Shown here in pieces: positions 31,098-41,362 of a DNA stretch of 64,000 bases (position 1 is its first letter; each line of letters begins with the position of its first letter). Below the pieces are notes generated by a model. That model made no database searches. It worked only from the letters and a program-made list of their open reading frames with translations, and was not told the DNA's origin. The stretch comes from an uncultured Verrucomicrobiae bacterium. Lineage in GTDB: Bacteria; Chlamydiota; Chlamydiia; Chlamydiales; Rhabdochlamydiaceae. The translations under genes and the position numbers were made by a program. The stretch covers positions 2,112,001-2,176,000 of the forward strand of contig OY970364.1 in NCBI GenBank assembly GCA_963718565.1, written 5' to 3'.

Positions 31098-32479
31098 GGA
31101 TGACTGTCTTTTTTGAGCTGCTCCTGTAAATAGTTCCGAATCGCTTCGGCTTTTTGCGAAGAAGTTGAGCCCTGCCTTGTCCCATGAATTATCCCATGAA
31201 AGGCATGTTCTCCGCATCCCCAATAGTCATTGGGGTTGGGGATAAGGTTGAGGCGTTTAAGGATTTTGTATAATTCCCCATAGATTTCATTTCTTGCTCT
31301 TTTTGGCATTCTTGAGAATCGTTCCATAGCTTGATCGAAGATTTCAAAATCGTCGCTTTCGAGTTGGTTCGCAAGTGCATCAAAAACCGTATTGTACTCT
31401 GCCTTAAAATCCCAGACCTTGATTGTTTCAACGTTCGAGTCTGGGTACACGCGTGAATAAAGCTTGCCATCGGAAACGGCATGGAAACTCGAACAGGTAA
31501 TATATTCTACTTCCTCCCTACCAAATGTTTGTATGCGTTCTCTTGTGTTTAAATCCCAGATTTTGATCGCACTGTTGCAACCGTAGTGAGAGAAAGAATA
31601 GAGGTTGTCATCGGAAATCACAAGGAAGTAAATTCCACAAAGTCTATCTTCTATTGTTCCTATGTGAGTTTTTGTCTTTAAATCCCAGATGTTGATTATT
31701 CTTCGATAGCAATTATCACTGCGAGAGTCAGAATAATAAAGTGTGCCATCGGAAGAAACGGCAAGAGAACAGACCTCGTCATGCCCCTCAAGTGTTGCCT
31801 CACAAGAATTTGTCTCTAAGTTCCAGATTTTGATCTTTTTGTCCCAAGCGCTAGAGATGAGTGTTCCATCATCGGAAAGAGCAAGGCGGGATACTTCTTC
31901 CTCATGCCCACTCAGGGTTCCTATGCAAGTTTTTGTCTCTAGATCCCAGATCTTGATCTGGCCGTTCCAAGAGCTAGGACAAACGAGCTTTCTACCCGAA
32001 ATAACAAAAGAGTCGATCGGGTAGTGAACATCAAGTGTTTCTACGCAAGTTTTTGTGTCTAAATTCCAGATTTTAAATTTACCGCTTGGCTCGCCAGAAT
32101 AGAGCGTTTTCCCAGAAATGAATAGTGAGGAAATCTTGCTTCCCCCTAGATCAAGATTAATAGTAGACTCAGCATATATCCCATTGATAAGATTTAAATG
32201 TAAACGACGTTGATCTTGATAAACCTCCTTGAAATTCTGAATTTCTTTTGGAAGACGATAAAATGGAAAATGGTTTTTAAGTAACTGTTGACAAACTATC
32301 TCATTGCGCAATATTTGATTCCACAGATGGCAGGCAAATTGGCAATGGCCCAACTCTTGGACTCCCATACGCTTGAATATTTCTACAACGACATCGAAAG
32401 GCATCTCCAATATAAGGGAATTTTGCTGTATGGGAACAGATTGAGTATGGATAATGGAATTACTTGTAGGGTTGGTCAT
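31079..32479 (-). CDS. F-box/WD40 protein, C-terminally truncated paralog
   Basis: LEMPFDVVVEIF...CHLWNQI F-box; repeated IKIWDL; ends in element-derived RELQN*. Confidence 0.9.
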   Translation of the reverse strand: MTNPTSNSIIHTQSVPIQQNSLILEMPFDVVVEIFKRMGVQELGHCQFACHLWNQILRNEIVCQQLLKNHFPFYRLPKEIQNFKEVYQDQRRLHLNLINGIYAESTINLDLGGSKISSLFISGKTLYSGEPSGKFKIWNLDTKTCVETLDVHYPIDSFVISGRKLVCPSSWNGQIKIWDLETKTCIGTLSGHEEEVSRLALSDDGTLISSAWDKKIKIWNLETNSCEATLEGHDEVCSLAVSSDGTLYYSDSRSDNCYRRIINIWDLKTKTHIGTIEDRLCGIYFLVISDDNLYSFSHYGCNSAIKIWDLNTRERIQTFGREEVEYITCSSFHAVSDGKLYSRVYPDSNVETIKVWDFKAEYNTVFDALANQLESDDFEIFDQAMERFSRMPKRARNEIYGELYKILKRLNLIPNPNDYWGCGEHAFHGIIHGTRQGSTSSQKAEAIRNYLQEQLKKDSHPRELQN

Positions 32480-32766
32480 AATAATGCACCTTTTTTAATA
32501 GTTAATTATTGCTAAACTAATTAATATTATGAACAAGTTTAAATTTAAATTCAATCTCTTTTTTTATTATTGTTCCTGGATGGCTGCAATAAAATAAAAC
32601 AATCGTAAATATATAATTTTAATTTGCGCCGCATCTAGTTAATGATTATAATATTAGTGCTCAGTTTTTTAATTTACTGTAATATAAAAAAAACAATTTT
32701 TGACTCTGCGAGACGAAGCAAAATCGAAGCGAAGCAGCCGAACGAGCGAGACCATTGCTGAACAGA

Positions 32767-32839
32767 AAGGCGAGCGAGAAGGGTCGATTTGGCAAAGTCG
32801 CAACCTGTCAAAATTCACCAAACCTAACCGTGCGCCGTA
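32767..32839. repeat. Family C dispersed repeat
   Basis: Shared with 61512..61599 (AAGGCGAGCGAGAAGG...GTCAAAATTCACCAAACCTAACCG). Confidence 0.8.
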
Positions 32840-32869
32840 TACACTTTTTTGCTGGCCCGACTCTGTTTT

Positions 32870-34948
32870 TTACTCTCCCATTTGGAAGAGGTTTTGTGGA
32901 GCCTGATCTGAGTCCATTAGTTGGCTTAAACTTTGGATCCCTCTCGCTTTGAGATTCGTCCAGGCGCGAAAAACACCCCATTGATTGATAATATAGGTGT
33001 GCAGCTTGGCAATTTGATGATCGCGGTCTAGAATGTGGAACTCACCAACTAATGCATTTAATTCGTTGGCCAGCTCATTGTACTTCGCCGACTTGAAGGC
33101 TTCTACAGTGAGTTTTGGCAAACCTTTGCACTCTAGTACAATGGCATCAAATTTTGTTTGGAGGGTACTCAGTCTGTTTTGAAAACCGATCCACGGACAC
33201 TCTCCCTCATAAAGAAGAACGCCGCAGGTATTTGTTTCTCGAATCTTGCTCGTCACTTCTTGAAACAGTTGCTGGGAAAGATTAGATAAGGCACTTTTTC
33301 TCTTGTCAGCTTTGGCTTTGACCGTATCGTCTCTAAAATTCAAATTCTCCTCTGTTCCAGAACCTTCCTCGAGAGCGAGCACTTGAATAGCAGGAGAAAG
33401 AGAGCAAATAATCTTAAGATCTTCGGTTGATATAATGCCTACTCTTTCTAAATCTGCAGGTCGACATCCTAGCTTTGTTGAATAATCGTGCGAACTCACG
33501 ATTCCAAGAGCAATCAGTAAAGGATGACTGTCTTCTTTGAGCTGCTTCTGTAAATAGTTCCGAATCGCTTGGGCTTTTTCCAAAGAAGGTGAGCTCTGCC
33601 CCATTATCTCATGAAAGGCATGTTCTCCGCATTCACAATAGTCATTGGGGATAAGGTTGAAAGGTTTAAGGATTTTGTATAATTCCCCATAGATTTTATT
33701 TTTTTCTCTTTTTGGCATTCTTGAGAATCGTTGCATAGCTTGATTGGAGATTTCAGAATTGTTGCTTTCGAGTTGGCCCGCAAGTGCCTCAAAAATCGTA
33801 TTGTACTCTGCCCTAAAATCCCAGACATGGACTGTTACAGTGTTCGAGCCTAAGCTCCCTAAGTTCAAGAATGAACAAAGCTTGCCATTGAGAATAGCAT
33901 GGGGGAAAGTCAAACGGGTAATGCATTTTACTTCCTCCCTATCAAATGTTTGTATGCATTCTCTTGTGTTTAAATCCCAGATTTTGATCGTAGCATTGAG
34001 AGCGTGGCTAAAAAAGAAGGAATAGAGTTTACCATCGAAAATCAGAAGGGAGAAAATTCGTCCATGAAGTCCATCTTTTATTGTTCCTATACGAGTTTTT
34101 GTGTTTAAATCCCAGATGTTGATCATTCCTCGATGGATTCCATCATCACTTTGAGAGCCAGAATAAAGTTCGCTACCGGAAGCAGCGAGAGACCAGATCG
34201 GGTATTTATGCTCCCCCTCAAGCGTCGCCATACAAGAATTTGTATCTAAGTTCCAGATTTTGATCGTTTTGTCCACAGAGCCAGAGAAGAGGTTTCTACC
34301 GGAAAGAGTAAGGCAGAGGACTTCTCTTTTATGCCCATTCAGGGCTCCTATGCGAGTTTTTGTGTCTAGATCCCAGATCTCGATCAGGCCGCTCCAATGG
34401 CCAGAACAAAAGAGCTTTCTATCCCAAATAACAAGAGAGGACACCCGATCGGGAACATCGAATGTTCCTTCGCAAGCTTTTGTGTCTAAATCCCAGATTT
34501 TAATTGTAGCGCTTTGAGCGCCAGAATGGGGTGTTCTCGCAGAATAGAGCGTTTTCCCAGAAATGAATAGTGGGGAACGCTCGATGATTCCCGATTGGTC
34601 AACCTCGGTTCTCCCCAGATCAAGATCAATAGGATACTCAGCATATCTCTTGTTGATAAGATTTAAATGTAAACGACATTGATCTTGATAAGTCTCTTTG
34701 AAATTATTAATTTCTTTTGGAAGACAATAAAATGGAAAATGGTTTTTAAGTAACTGTTGACAAACTACCTCATTGCGCAATATTTGATTCCACAGATGGC
34801 AGACAAATTGGCAAGAGGCCAACTCTTGGACTCCCATATGGTTGAATATTTCTAAAAAGACATCGAAAGGCATGTCCAATATAAGGGAATTTTGCTGTAT
34901 AGGAACAGGCTGAGTATGGATAATGGAATGACTTGTAGGTTTGGTCAT
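32870..34948 (-). CDS. F-box/WD40 protein with extra C-terminal domain
   Basis: F-box LDMPFDVFLEIF; GHKREV...SGSVDKTIKIWNL WD40 repeats. Confidence 0.92.
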   Translation of the reverse strand: MTKPTSHSIIHTQPVPIQQNSLILDMPFDVFLEIFNHMGVQELASCQFVCHLWNQILRNEVVCQQLLKNHFPFYCLPKEINNFKETYQDQCRLHLNLINKRYAEYPIDLDLGRTEVDQSGIIERSPLFISGKTLYSARTPHSGAQSATIKIWDLDTKACEGTFDVPDRVSSLVIWDRKLFCSGHWSGLIEIWDLDTKTRIGALNGHKREVLCLTLSGRNLFSGSVDKTIKIWNLDTNSCMATLEGEHKYPIWSLAASGSELYSGSQSDDGIHRGMINIWDLNTKTRIGTIKDGLHGRIFSLLIFDGKLYSFFFSHALNATIKIWDLNTRECIQTFDREEVKCITRLTFPHAILNGKLCSFLNLGSLGSNTVTVHVWDFRAEYNTIFEALAGQLESNNSEISNQAMQRFSRMPKREKNKIYGELYKILKPFNLIPNDYCECGEHAFHEIMGQSSPSLEKAQAIRNYLQKQLKEDSHPLLIALGIVSSHDYSTKLGCRPADLERVGIISTEDLKIICSLSPAIQVLALEEGSGTEENLNFRDDTVKAKADKRKSALSNLSQQLFQEVTSKIRETNTCGVLLYEGECPWIGFQNRLSTLQTKFDAIVLECKGLPKLTVEAFKSAKYNELANELNALVGEFHILDRDHQIAKLHTYIINQWGVFRAWTNLKARGIQSLSQLMDSDQAPQNLFQMGE

Positions 34949-35309
34949 AATAATGCGCCTTTTTTAATAGTTAATTATTGCTAAACTAATTAATATTATG
35001 AACAAGTTTAAATTTAAATTCAATTCTATTTTTTTTTAATTCTTGTTTCCTGGATGGCTGCAATAAAATAAAACAATTATCAATATATAATTTTAGTTTG
35101 CGCTGTATCTAGTTAATGATTATAATATTAGTGCTCAATTTTTTTTAATTTATTATAATATAAAAAACAATGCTGTCCAGTTCTTGGAAAAAAGTGTGCA
35201 GAAATCGTTAAGTAAAAAATTTACTTTATTGTATGGGTTAAGAATAACTACTTTCAAAAAAAGCTTAAAGTATATAGAAAAGCATCAGAATTATAAAATT
35301 TTCATTCTA

Positions 35310-35329
35310 GAGGGAATTGCAATTCCCTC
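35310..35329. mobile_element. Family A collapsed 20-bp palindrome
   Basis: GAGGGAATTGCAATTCCCTC with TSD TCTA/TCTA; 30 bp before nrdR. Confidence 0.87.
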
Positions 35330-35359
35330 TCTAGATTGGAGCGAGTTTCGAAGGTACTT

Positions 35360-35857
35360 ATGCGCTGTCCTTTTTGTAACCATGAAGAATCCAAGGTCAC
35401 TGATTCTCGCAATGTCACTGAAAGTAATGCAGTAAGACGTCGGCGTGAATGTTTGAAATGTCTGCGCCGCTTTACCACTTTTGAAACGATCGATTTGACA
35501 ATTCAAGTGCAAAAGCGGGATGGACGCTATGAGGATTTTAGACAGGATAAATTGATCAGGGGATTAGATGCGGCATGTCGACATACGCGGATCAGTCACG
35601 ACCAGGTGAGGGCCTTGGCCTATAAAGTCACTTCGGATCTCATGGAGCGGCAAGTCCGCGAGGTCAAAACCTCTGAACTGGGCGAGATCGTCATGCAGCA
35701 CCTACAGGCTTTAGATACGATTGCTTACATTCGCTTTGCCTGTGTTTATCGCCGTTTCAAAGATGTCGATGAGTTGATGGATGCGATTGAACATATCCAT
35801 CCTAAAGATGAGTTAGAAAATCCCATGCAATTCCCTCAAATTATAACTAAAGGTTAG
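35360..35857 (+). CDS. nrdR: Transcriptional repressor NrdR
   Basis: MRCPFC...VRRRRECLKC...AYIRFACVYR. Confidence 0.96.
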   Translation: MRCPFCNHEESKVTDSRNVTESNAVRRRRECLKCLRRFTTFETIDLTIQVQKRDGRYEDFRQDKLIRGLDAACRHTRISHDQVRALAYKVTSDLMERQVREVKTSELGEIVMQHLQALDTIAYIRFACVYRRFKDVDELMDAIEHIHPKDELENPMQFPQIITKG

Positions 35858-35868
35858 GAGCAAGAAAG

Positions 35869-36234
35869 ATGGCGTTAAAAAAGGCAGACATCGCTCGCTT
35901 TAAGAAGCGGTTGGAAGAGATGAAGGACCAAATGAATCATCTCATACGCGACACTAGCGAGGATGCTAAGACGATGGATGAGGCAAAGGGCTATTCACAA
36001 CACCAAGCAGACGAAGGGACAGACGATTTCAATCGGACAATCTCTTTGGAAGTGACAAGTAAAGAATTTGGCATTCTGCGCCAAATTGAGCGCGCCTTAG
36101 AAAAAATTAATGAAGGGACATACGGCGTTTGCGATATTACTGGTGAAGAAATCCCCCTTGCCCGTTTAGAGGCAATCCCTTATGCATCGATGACTGTCAA
36201 AGCGCAAGAGAAGTTTGAAAAAGGACTGCTATAA
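35869..36234 (+). CDS. dksA: DksA/TraR-family protein
   Basis: GTYGVCDITGEEIPLARLEAIP; nrdR-dksA-lspA order. Confidence 0.9.
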   Translation: MALKKADIARFKKRLEEMKDQMNHLIRDTSEDAKTMDEAKGYSQHQADEGTDDFNRTISLEVTSKEFGILRQIERALEKINEGTYGVCDITGEEIPLARLEAIPYASMTVKAQEKFEKGLL

Positions 36235-36236
36235 AG

Positions 36237-36770
36237 ATGAGCTGGAAAAAAGCTTTCGTTTTCATCGCACTTGCCATTTTCATCTTTATGGCAGACGCTC
36301 TGCTCAAGGCTTATATCCATCATGAGATTTCACCCATTGCTGCGTCATCGCCCATTTATCCTTACGGGGGCATCGCTGTTTTCCGCGGTTGGCATAGCAT
36401 CGACTTTTCCATTGTTCATGTCGTCAACAAAGGAGCAGCATGGGGAGTGTTTGCCTCTTTGCAAAAGTATCTCTTATATGCACGTGTGGCCATCATCGGC
36501 GGTTTGCTTACTTACCTCTTTTCTGTAAAAGCGAGCGCTTATCGCAAATTTTGCCTGACTTTAATTGCTACCGGAGCTTTCGGCAACGTCGTTGATTACT
36601 TTGTCTATGGCCACGTCGTCGATATGTTTTATTTTATTTTCTGGGGATACTCTTATCCTGTCTTCAACATTGCAGACAGTGCCATTTTCAGTGGCATTTT
36701 CTTAATCGTAGCGGAAGCTCTATTTAACAAACTGAGAGCAAAGAGTCATTCTAAACCAAAAAACGCTTAA
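36237..36770 (+). CDS. lspA: Lipoprotein signal peptidase
   Basis: NKGAAWG, GAFGNVVD, VVDMF, FNIADS. Confidence 0.95.
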   Translation: MSWKKAFVFIALAIFIFMADALLKAYIHHEISPIAASSPIYPYGGIAVFRGWHSIDFSIVHVVNKGAAWGVFASLQKYLLYARVAIIGGLLTYLFSVKASAYRKFCLTLIATGAFGNVVDYFVYGHVVDMFYFIFWGYSYPVFNIADSAIFSGIFLIVAEALFNKLRAKSHSKPKNA

Positions 36771-36782
36771 AACCCTATCTTC

Positions 36783-37490
36783 ATGCATTCTTTACCGATT
36801 CGAATCAGCTCTCCAAAGGCAGAAGGTATTCTTCAGGTATCTAAGTGGCTTAAAGTTCAAGTCCTGTTGGATAGCAGCGAAATGGAGCAGCTCATCCAAA
36901 CGCTTGGGACCCTGTTTTTTGTCATCGTCAGTGAACCTATTGAAGCGGACGTCGCTGTCATTCCTTCAACTGTTTTTCTCGAAAGGTATGCGGATTACAT
37001 TGATCTTTTAAAACAAGGCCAAATCCCGAATGTCGATGAATTCCGACGCTTTTTTTCTTGCGCCATGTCGACAACTCTTGAGACTTTTTATGCCATGGCA
37101 GCTGGGAAGGATAAATTTCTGATCAAACCGACAAAGCCTGTTTTACAGTTGCAAACGCATCACTTTTTTTATTCTGATCTCAATGGTAAATTCCATCCGA
37201 TGGTCCTTAGCCCTGAAAGTATTTCTTGGGGACTGCAAATTTCGTACCCACAACTTTTCCAAGATCCAGCGACTCGTCAAGTGGTCAAAGTCATCGATTC
37301 TCCGCATTTTCCAAATACAGCGATGTTCACTAAGCTTATGAGATGGGTGCGCAGTTTTACTCTTCCTACGCCGTTTGAGGTCAACGGGCTGCGCATTAAC
37401 TCACCTATACGCATTGGGAAACAATCTCTTGCTTGGATCAAAATCCATCCTCAGTTAAAAGAGAGGGGTATTCAAATTGCACAATTATGA
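36783..37490 (+). CDS. Hypothetical protein
   Basis: 235-aa ORF in the operon, coupled to cinA. Confidence 0.75.
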   Translation: MHSLPIRISSPKAEGILQVSKWLKVQVLLDSSEMEQLIQTLGTLFFVIVSEPIEADVAVIPSTVFLERYADYIDLLKQGQIPNVDEFRRFFSCAMSTTLETFYAMAAGKDKFLIKPTKPVLQLQTHHFFYSDLNGKFHPMVLSPESISWGLQISYPQLFQDPATRQVVKVIDSPHFPNTAMFTKLMRWVRSFTLPTPFEVNGLRINSPIRIGKQSLAWIKIHPQLKERGIQIAQL

Positions 37491-38734
37491 TCATTGAATT
37501 GATTTCGATCGGCGACGAATTGCTCAAAGGAAATGTGGTTAACACCAATGCTGCTTTTTTATGCCGTCAATTCATGCTGGCAGGATATGCCGTCTCTTGT
37601 CAAATGACGTTGCCAGACGCGCGAGAATCTTTAGCAAAAGGACTTACGGGAGCGTTACAACGCGCGGATCTGGTGATTGGCACTGGTGGGCTCGGTCCCA
37701 CATGTGACGATCGGACACGTGAGGTTGCCGCAGAACTTTTTCATTCGGAGTTTCATTTTGATCAGGCATTAGCTGACGACATCAAACGGCGCTTTGGCAA
37801 TCGAAATGTATCTTTGGAAAATCAAGCGAGGATGCCTTCGAAGGCCAAGATTCTGCATAATCGCATAGGTACAGCGCCAGGTTTGCTTTTTTTTGAAGGA
37901 GGCAAAACTTTGGTCCTTCTGCCAGGTGTTCCAAAAGAAATGGAACCGATGTTCTTAGAACAAGTCTTACCCTGGGTGCAAAAACAGTGGCCATTAAAAG
38001 CCAAAAAAGAAAGCGTTCAACTGTTTTTTTGTCTGATTAACGAAAGTCTTCTGGATCCTCATCTGCGTGAACTCATGATGCATTATCCTTCTGTAGAGGT
38101 AGGCATTTATCCAGCACATGGAACGCTCACTGTTGCCTTGCAATCTTCTCACAAATCACAACTCCATTCCTTTCAGAAGGAATTGATATCGCGCTTTAGC
38201 AATTATTGTTACAGTTCGCCAAACGGTAAAATTGAAGAGGCGCTCCACCATTGGTTTGTCACACATCAAAAGACATTAGCTTTTGCAGAATCCTGTACAG
38301 GAGGAATGCTTTCCATGCATGTCACGTCACTGCCCGGTGCCTCGGAATATTTTTTAGGTTCTTTTGTCGTCTATTCCAACGCGATGAAGCAGCAGATATT
38401 GGGTGTGTCCAAAGAAACGCTTGACTCTCAAGGTGCTGTGAGTGAAGCGGCCGTTAAAGAAATGCTCGATGGCGTTTTTAACAAAACCTCGGCAGATTTT
38501 GCCATTGCTGTTTCAGGCATTGCAGGCCCATCGGGAGGAACAGAACAAACGCCTGTCGGCACTATCTGCGCTGCGATTGGAGAAAGGGAAAAAATTCCTG
38601 ATGTGGGAACATTTAACTCCTTTGGCAACCGCCACACCATTACATTATTAGCTACGCAATGGCTTCTAGGTGCGCTCTGGAGAAAGGTGGAGAAGAGAAT
38701 ACCCGCATTTCCATTGAGGGAATTGCAAAACTAA
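37487..38734 (+). CDS. cinA: CinA/PncC-family protein
   Basis: IGDELLKG...NTNA, GGLGPTCDDRT, AESCTGG, SGIAGPSGG. Confidence 0.92.
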   Translation: MIIELISIGDELLKGNVVNTNAAFLCRQFMLAGYAVSCQMTLPDARESLAKGLTGALQRADLVIGTGGLGPTCDDRTREVAAELFHSEFHFDQALADDIKRRFGNRNVSLENQARMPSKAKILHNRIGTAPGLLFFEGGKTLVLLPGVPKEMEPMFLEQVLPWVQKQWPLKAKKESVQLFFCLINESLLDPHLRELMMHYPSVEVGIYPAHGTLTVALQSSHKSQLHSFQKELISRFSNYCYSSPNGKIEEALHHWFVTHQKTLAFAESCTGGMLSMHVTSLPGASEYFLGSFVVYSNAMKQQILGVSKETLDSQGAVSEAAVKEMLDGVFNKTSADFAIAVSGIAGPSGGTEQTPVGTICAAIGEREKIPDVGTFNSFGNRHTITLLATQWLLGALWRKVEKRIPAFPLRELQN

Positions 38735-38842
38735 CAAAACGGGGTGATTTTCTGGGGGAAATTATTTAGCTAATCTGAAACAGGTTTTAGCAAATAAGAC
38801 CCCGAAAAAATGTCCTTTTCGCGTTAGTTTTGCAATTCCCTC
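38716..38842. mobile_element. Family A' element (127 bp)
   Basis: GAGGGAATTGCAAAACTAAC...GTTAGTTTTGCAATTCCCTC; TSD CATT/CATT. Confidence 0.92.
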
Positions 38843-38844
38843 CA

Positions 38845-39633
38845 TTATTGCCCACGCAGTAAGAATTGGTCGTATTGTGGATTTCTTGGAACTACGCCAG
38901 TCCCACCAAGCCTGCCACGCTCTTCCATAAGGATTCGTCCGAGCCAATTTTGTCCGGTCCCATCACAGTCATCCCCCCAATAAGCCTCTCTGCCTTTGGA
39001 ACGAAGATGTTCGGCAAGATAGGCATTGAGTGTGCGGAGCAGAAGATCTCCGAGATCGGGATTTTGCGTAAATTTTGCGGTGACGACTGCGCGCATCGCT
39101 GCGAGATTGCAATTTCGCCACTGGGCAGTTTGAGCTCCTGTCCAATTCTGGCTTAAGCTCCTTCCCAACCTAAAAGCGGCTTCTCCATCGAGACCTTCGA
39201 ATCTTTGCATAAGATTTCTGTCCGGAGCAAATTTTGCAGCCTGAAAGACGGCTTCAGCACATGAAAATTGCATTCCCCATAAATGGATAGGGCAAGGATG
39301 AAAATTTCCGAGAAAGGCAGTAAGTGGATTTTCTTCTTTTTTATAGAACCAGACGAATTGATCGCGCGCTGCGATTTGAGCGATTTTGTCTTTAAGCTGG
39401 TTTGGAGAATAGCTGGTGTTAAAAAAGCGGGAAAACAATGACTTAAAGCAATTGACGATCGCATTCCAGATGGACTGGAGCGAAAAACTCCCTTGAGAAG
39501 ATTGGGCCAGGCGAAGAGAATCATTCGGAAAACTCGGGGTAGGGGTAGGGCTTTTGATCGATTCAGGAATAGACATCGTGTCATTTAAAGAAACACTTTG
39601 CTTTCTATTGCCATTGATTATTGGATTTGTCAT
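38845..39633 (-). CDS. NADAR (YbiA-like) protein with N-terminal extension
   Basis: FLGNFHP, AEAVFQAAKF, AKFTQNPDL, YWGDDCDGTGQNWLGRILM. Confidence 0.85.
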   Translation of the reverse strand: MTNPIINGNRKQSVSLNDTMSIPESIKSPTPTPSFPNDSLRLAQSSQGSFSLQSIWNAIVNCFKSLFSRFFNTSYSPNQLKDKIAQIAARDQFVWFYKKEENPLTAFLGNFHPCPIHLWGMQFSCAEAVFQAAKFAPDRNLMQRFEGLDGEAAFRLGRSLSQNWTGAQTAQWRNCNLAAMRAVVTAKFTQNPDLGDLLLRTLNAYLAEHLRSKGREAYWGDDCDGTGQNWLGRILMEERGRLGGTGVVPRNPQYDQFLLRGQ

Positions 39634-39711
39634 TTGGTTCTCCTCAGAATTTAATAATCCTAGTATTATACAGGTTCTGAAAGATCAGTTGAATGCAAAT
39701 ATACCGAAATC

Positions 39712-40560
39712 ATGATGAAAGAAAAGTATTTACTTTTAGACAGCGGAAATCAACAAAAGTTGGAGCAGTTTGGCGCGTATATTATCGTACGTCCTTGTTC
39801 TCAAGCGCTCTGGACCCCCGCCCTTTCCCAAGCAGAATGGGATCTTGCACACGCTTCTTTTTCGCGAGACGGAGGGAATACTTGGAAATTCAAAAAAAAA
39901 CTTCCCGAAAGCTGGCTTGCCGAAATCGAGGGGATTCGTTTTAAAATATCTCCTACAGATTTTGGGCATCTCGGTGTTTTCCCAGAGCACAGTTTGCTTT
40001 GGAAATCGATGAAAGAAAGCATGAGCAGATGCACAAATTCTCCTCAAATCCTCAACCTTTTCGCCTATTCCGGAGGAGCGACGCTTGCAGCGGTAAAAGC
40101 CGGTGCGCGCGTCTGCCATCTCGATGCCTCTAAGGGGATGGTTGCTTGGGCAAGAGAAAATGCCGCTTATAATCAACTTTCATCGGCGCCTATCCGCTGG
40201 ATTGTGGATGATGCGGTGAAATTTTTAAAACGGGAGATCAAGCGCGGCGTTCGTTATGACGGAATTATTCTTGATCCACCGAGTTTTGGCCGTGGCAGCC
40301 AAGGCGAAGTTTTCAAAATGGAACGCGATATCGATGGGCTACTCCATCTGTGTAGAGAGTTGCTTTCTCCAAAACCTCTTTTTTTGCTGTTTACAACCCA
40401 TACTCCCGGAATGACTCCCCTTGTCATGCGCCATCTCATGCAACAGACAATGGGAAAAAATGTTGGCAGTATTGAAACTGGGGAAATGCTCCTGCTCTCT
40501 GCAACGGGGATCGATATTCCTAGCGGAAGTTTTGCGAGGTGGAGTGTGGAAAATGGGTGA
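39712..40560 (+). CDS. Class I SAM-dependent methyltransferase (RlmI/K-like)
   Basis: LNLFAYSGG, IILDPPSFG. Confidence 0.88.
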   Translation: MMKEKYLLLDSGNQQKLEQFGAYIIVRPCSQALWTPALSQAEWDLAHASFSRDGGNTWKFKKKLPESWLAEIEGIRFKISPTDFGHLGVFPEHSLLWKSMKESMSRCTNSPQILNLFAYSGGATLAAVKAGARVCHLDASKGMVAWARENAAYNQLSSAPIRWIVDDAVKFLKREIKRGVRYDGIILDPPSFGRGSQGEVFKMERDIDGLLHLCRELLSPKPLFLLFTTHTPGMTPLVMRHLMQQTMGKNVGSIETGEMLLLSATGIDIPSGSFARWSVENG

Positions 40561-41362
40561 AATGATTACGAGTATGCAAAATCCAAAAGTCAAAAAAACG
40601 ATCAAGCTGATCGAGCGCAAAGAGCGTAACACAACGGGACTTTTTCTGATTGAGGGATATCGCGAGATCAAGCGCGCTGCGGAGGCTTCAGTTGAACTCC
40701 AAACCCTATGGATTTGCCCTCCATTCTTTTTAGGAACAAATGAAAATACCTTGATCGATCAGGTCCGAAATCGGGGAGGAGAAATCATTGCCTGTAGCGA
40801 ACAGGTCTTTCAAAAACTCTCTTACCGTGACCGCCCAGACGGTCTACTTGCGATTGCAGTACAAATGCAGCGATCCTTGAAAGATTTTATTGCACATCTT
40901 GCGGCAAAAAAAGATCCTTTTGTCATCATTGCTGAAGCGATTGAAAAGCCAGGAAACCTGGGAACAATCTTGCGTTCCGCTGACGCAGCGGGTATCGATG
41001 GCGTGATCGTGTGCGACCGCTGTACAGACATCTATAATCCCAATGTCGTTCGCGCTAGCGTCGGGACGCTATTTACGATTCCTGTTGTGGAAGCATCGAC
41101 TGTAGAAACATTGTGCTGGCTTCAAAAACAAAAGATCACAATTGTTGCTGCTTCGCCTCAAGCGGAAAAAGAATTTACCCATGCCAATTTGGCAGGTGGC
41201 ATTGCCATTGCTGTAGGAACAGAGCAGCTCGGGCTGTCTGAAACTTGGATGCAAGCTGCCGATCTTAAAGTGCGAATTCCTATGCACGGAGTTGCGGATT
41301 CGCTCAACGTTGCCACGGCAACTACTCTTCTTTTATACGAGGCCGTAAGGCAGCGAAGATGA
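40553..41362 (+). CDS. TrmH/SpoU-family RNA methyltransferase
   Basis: EKPGNLGTILRSADA, GTEQLGL, IPMHGVADSLNVA. Confidence 0.92.
   Translation: MGEMITSMQNPKVKKTIKLIERKERNTTGLFLIEGYREIKRAAEASVELQTLWICPPFFLGTNENTLIDQVRNRGGEIIACSEQVFQKLSYRDRPDGLLAIAVQMQRSLKDFIAHLAAKKDPFVIIAEAIEKPGNLGTILRSADAAGIDGVIVCDRCTDIYNPNVVRASVGTLFTIPVVEASTVETLCWLQKQKITIVAASPQAEKEFTHANLAGGIAIAVGTEQLGLSETWMQAADLKVRIPMHGVADSLNVATATTLLLYEAVRQRR

Noticed and set aside
32700..32952. Short ORFs here and at 10395..10698, 30984..31223, 38762..38947, 52867..53088 and 61377..61661
   Set aside because: They are translations of repeat elements, which explains their shared peptides; no evidence they are independent genes.
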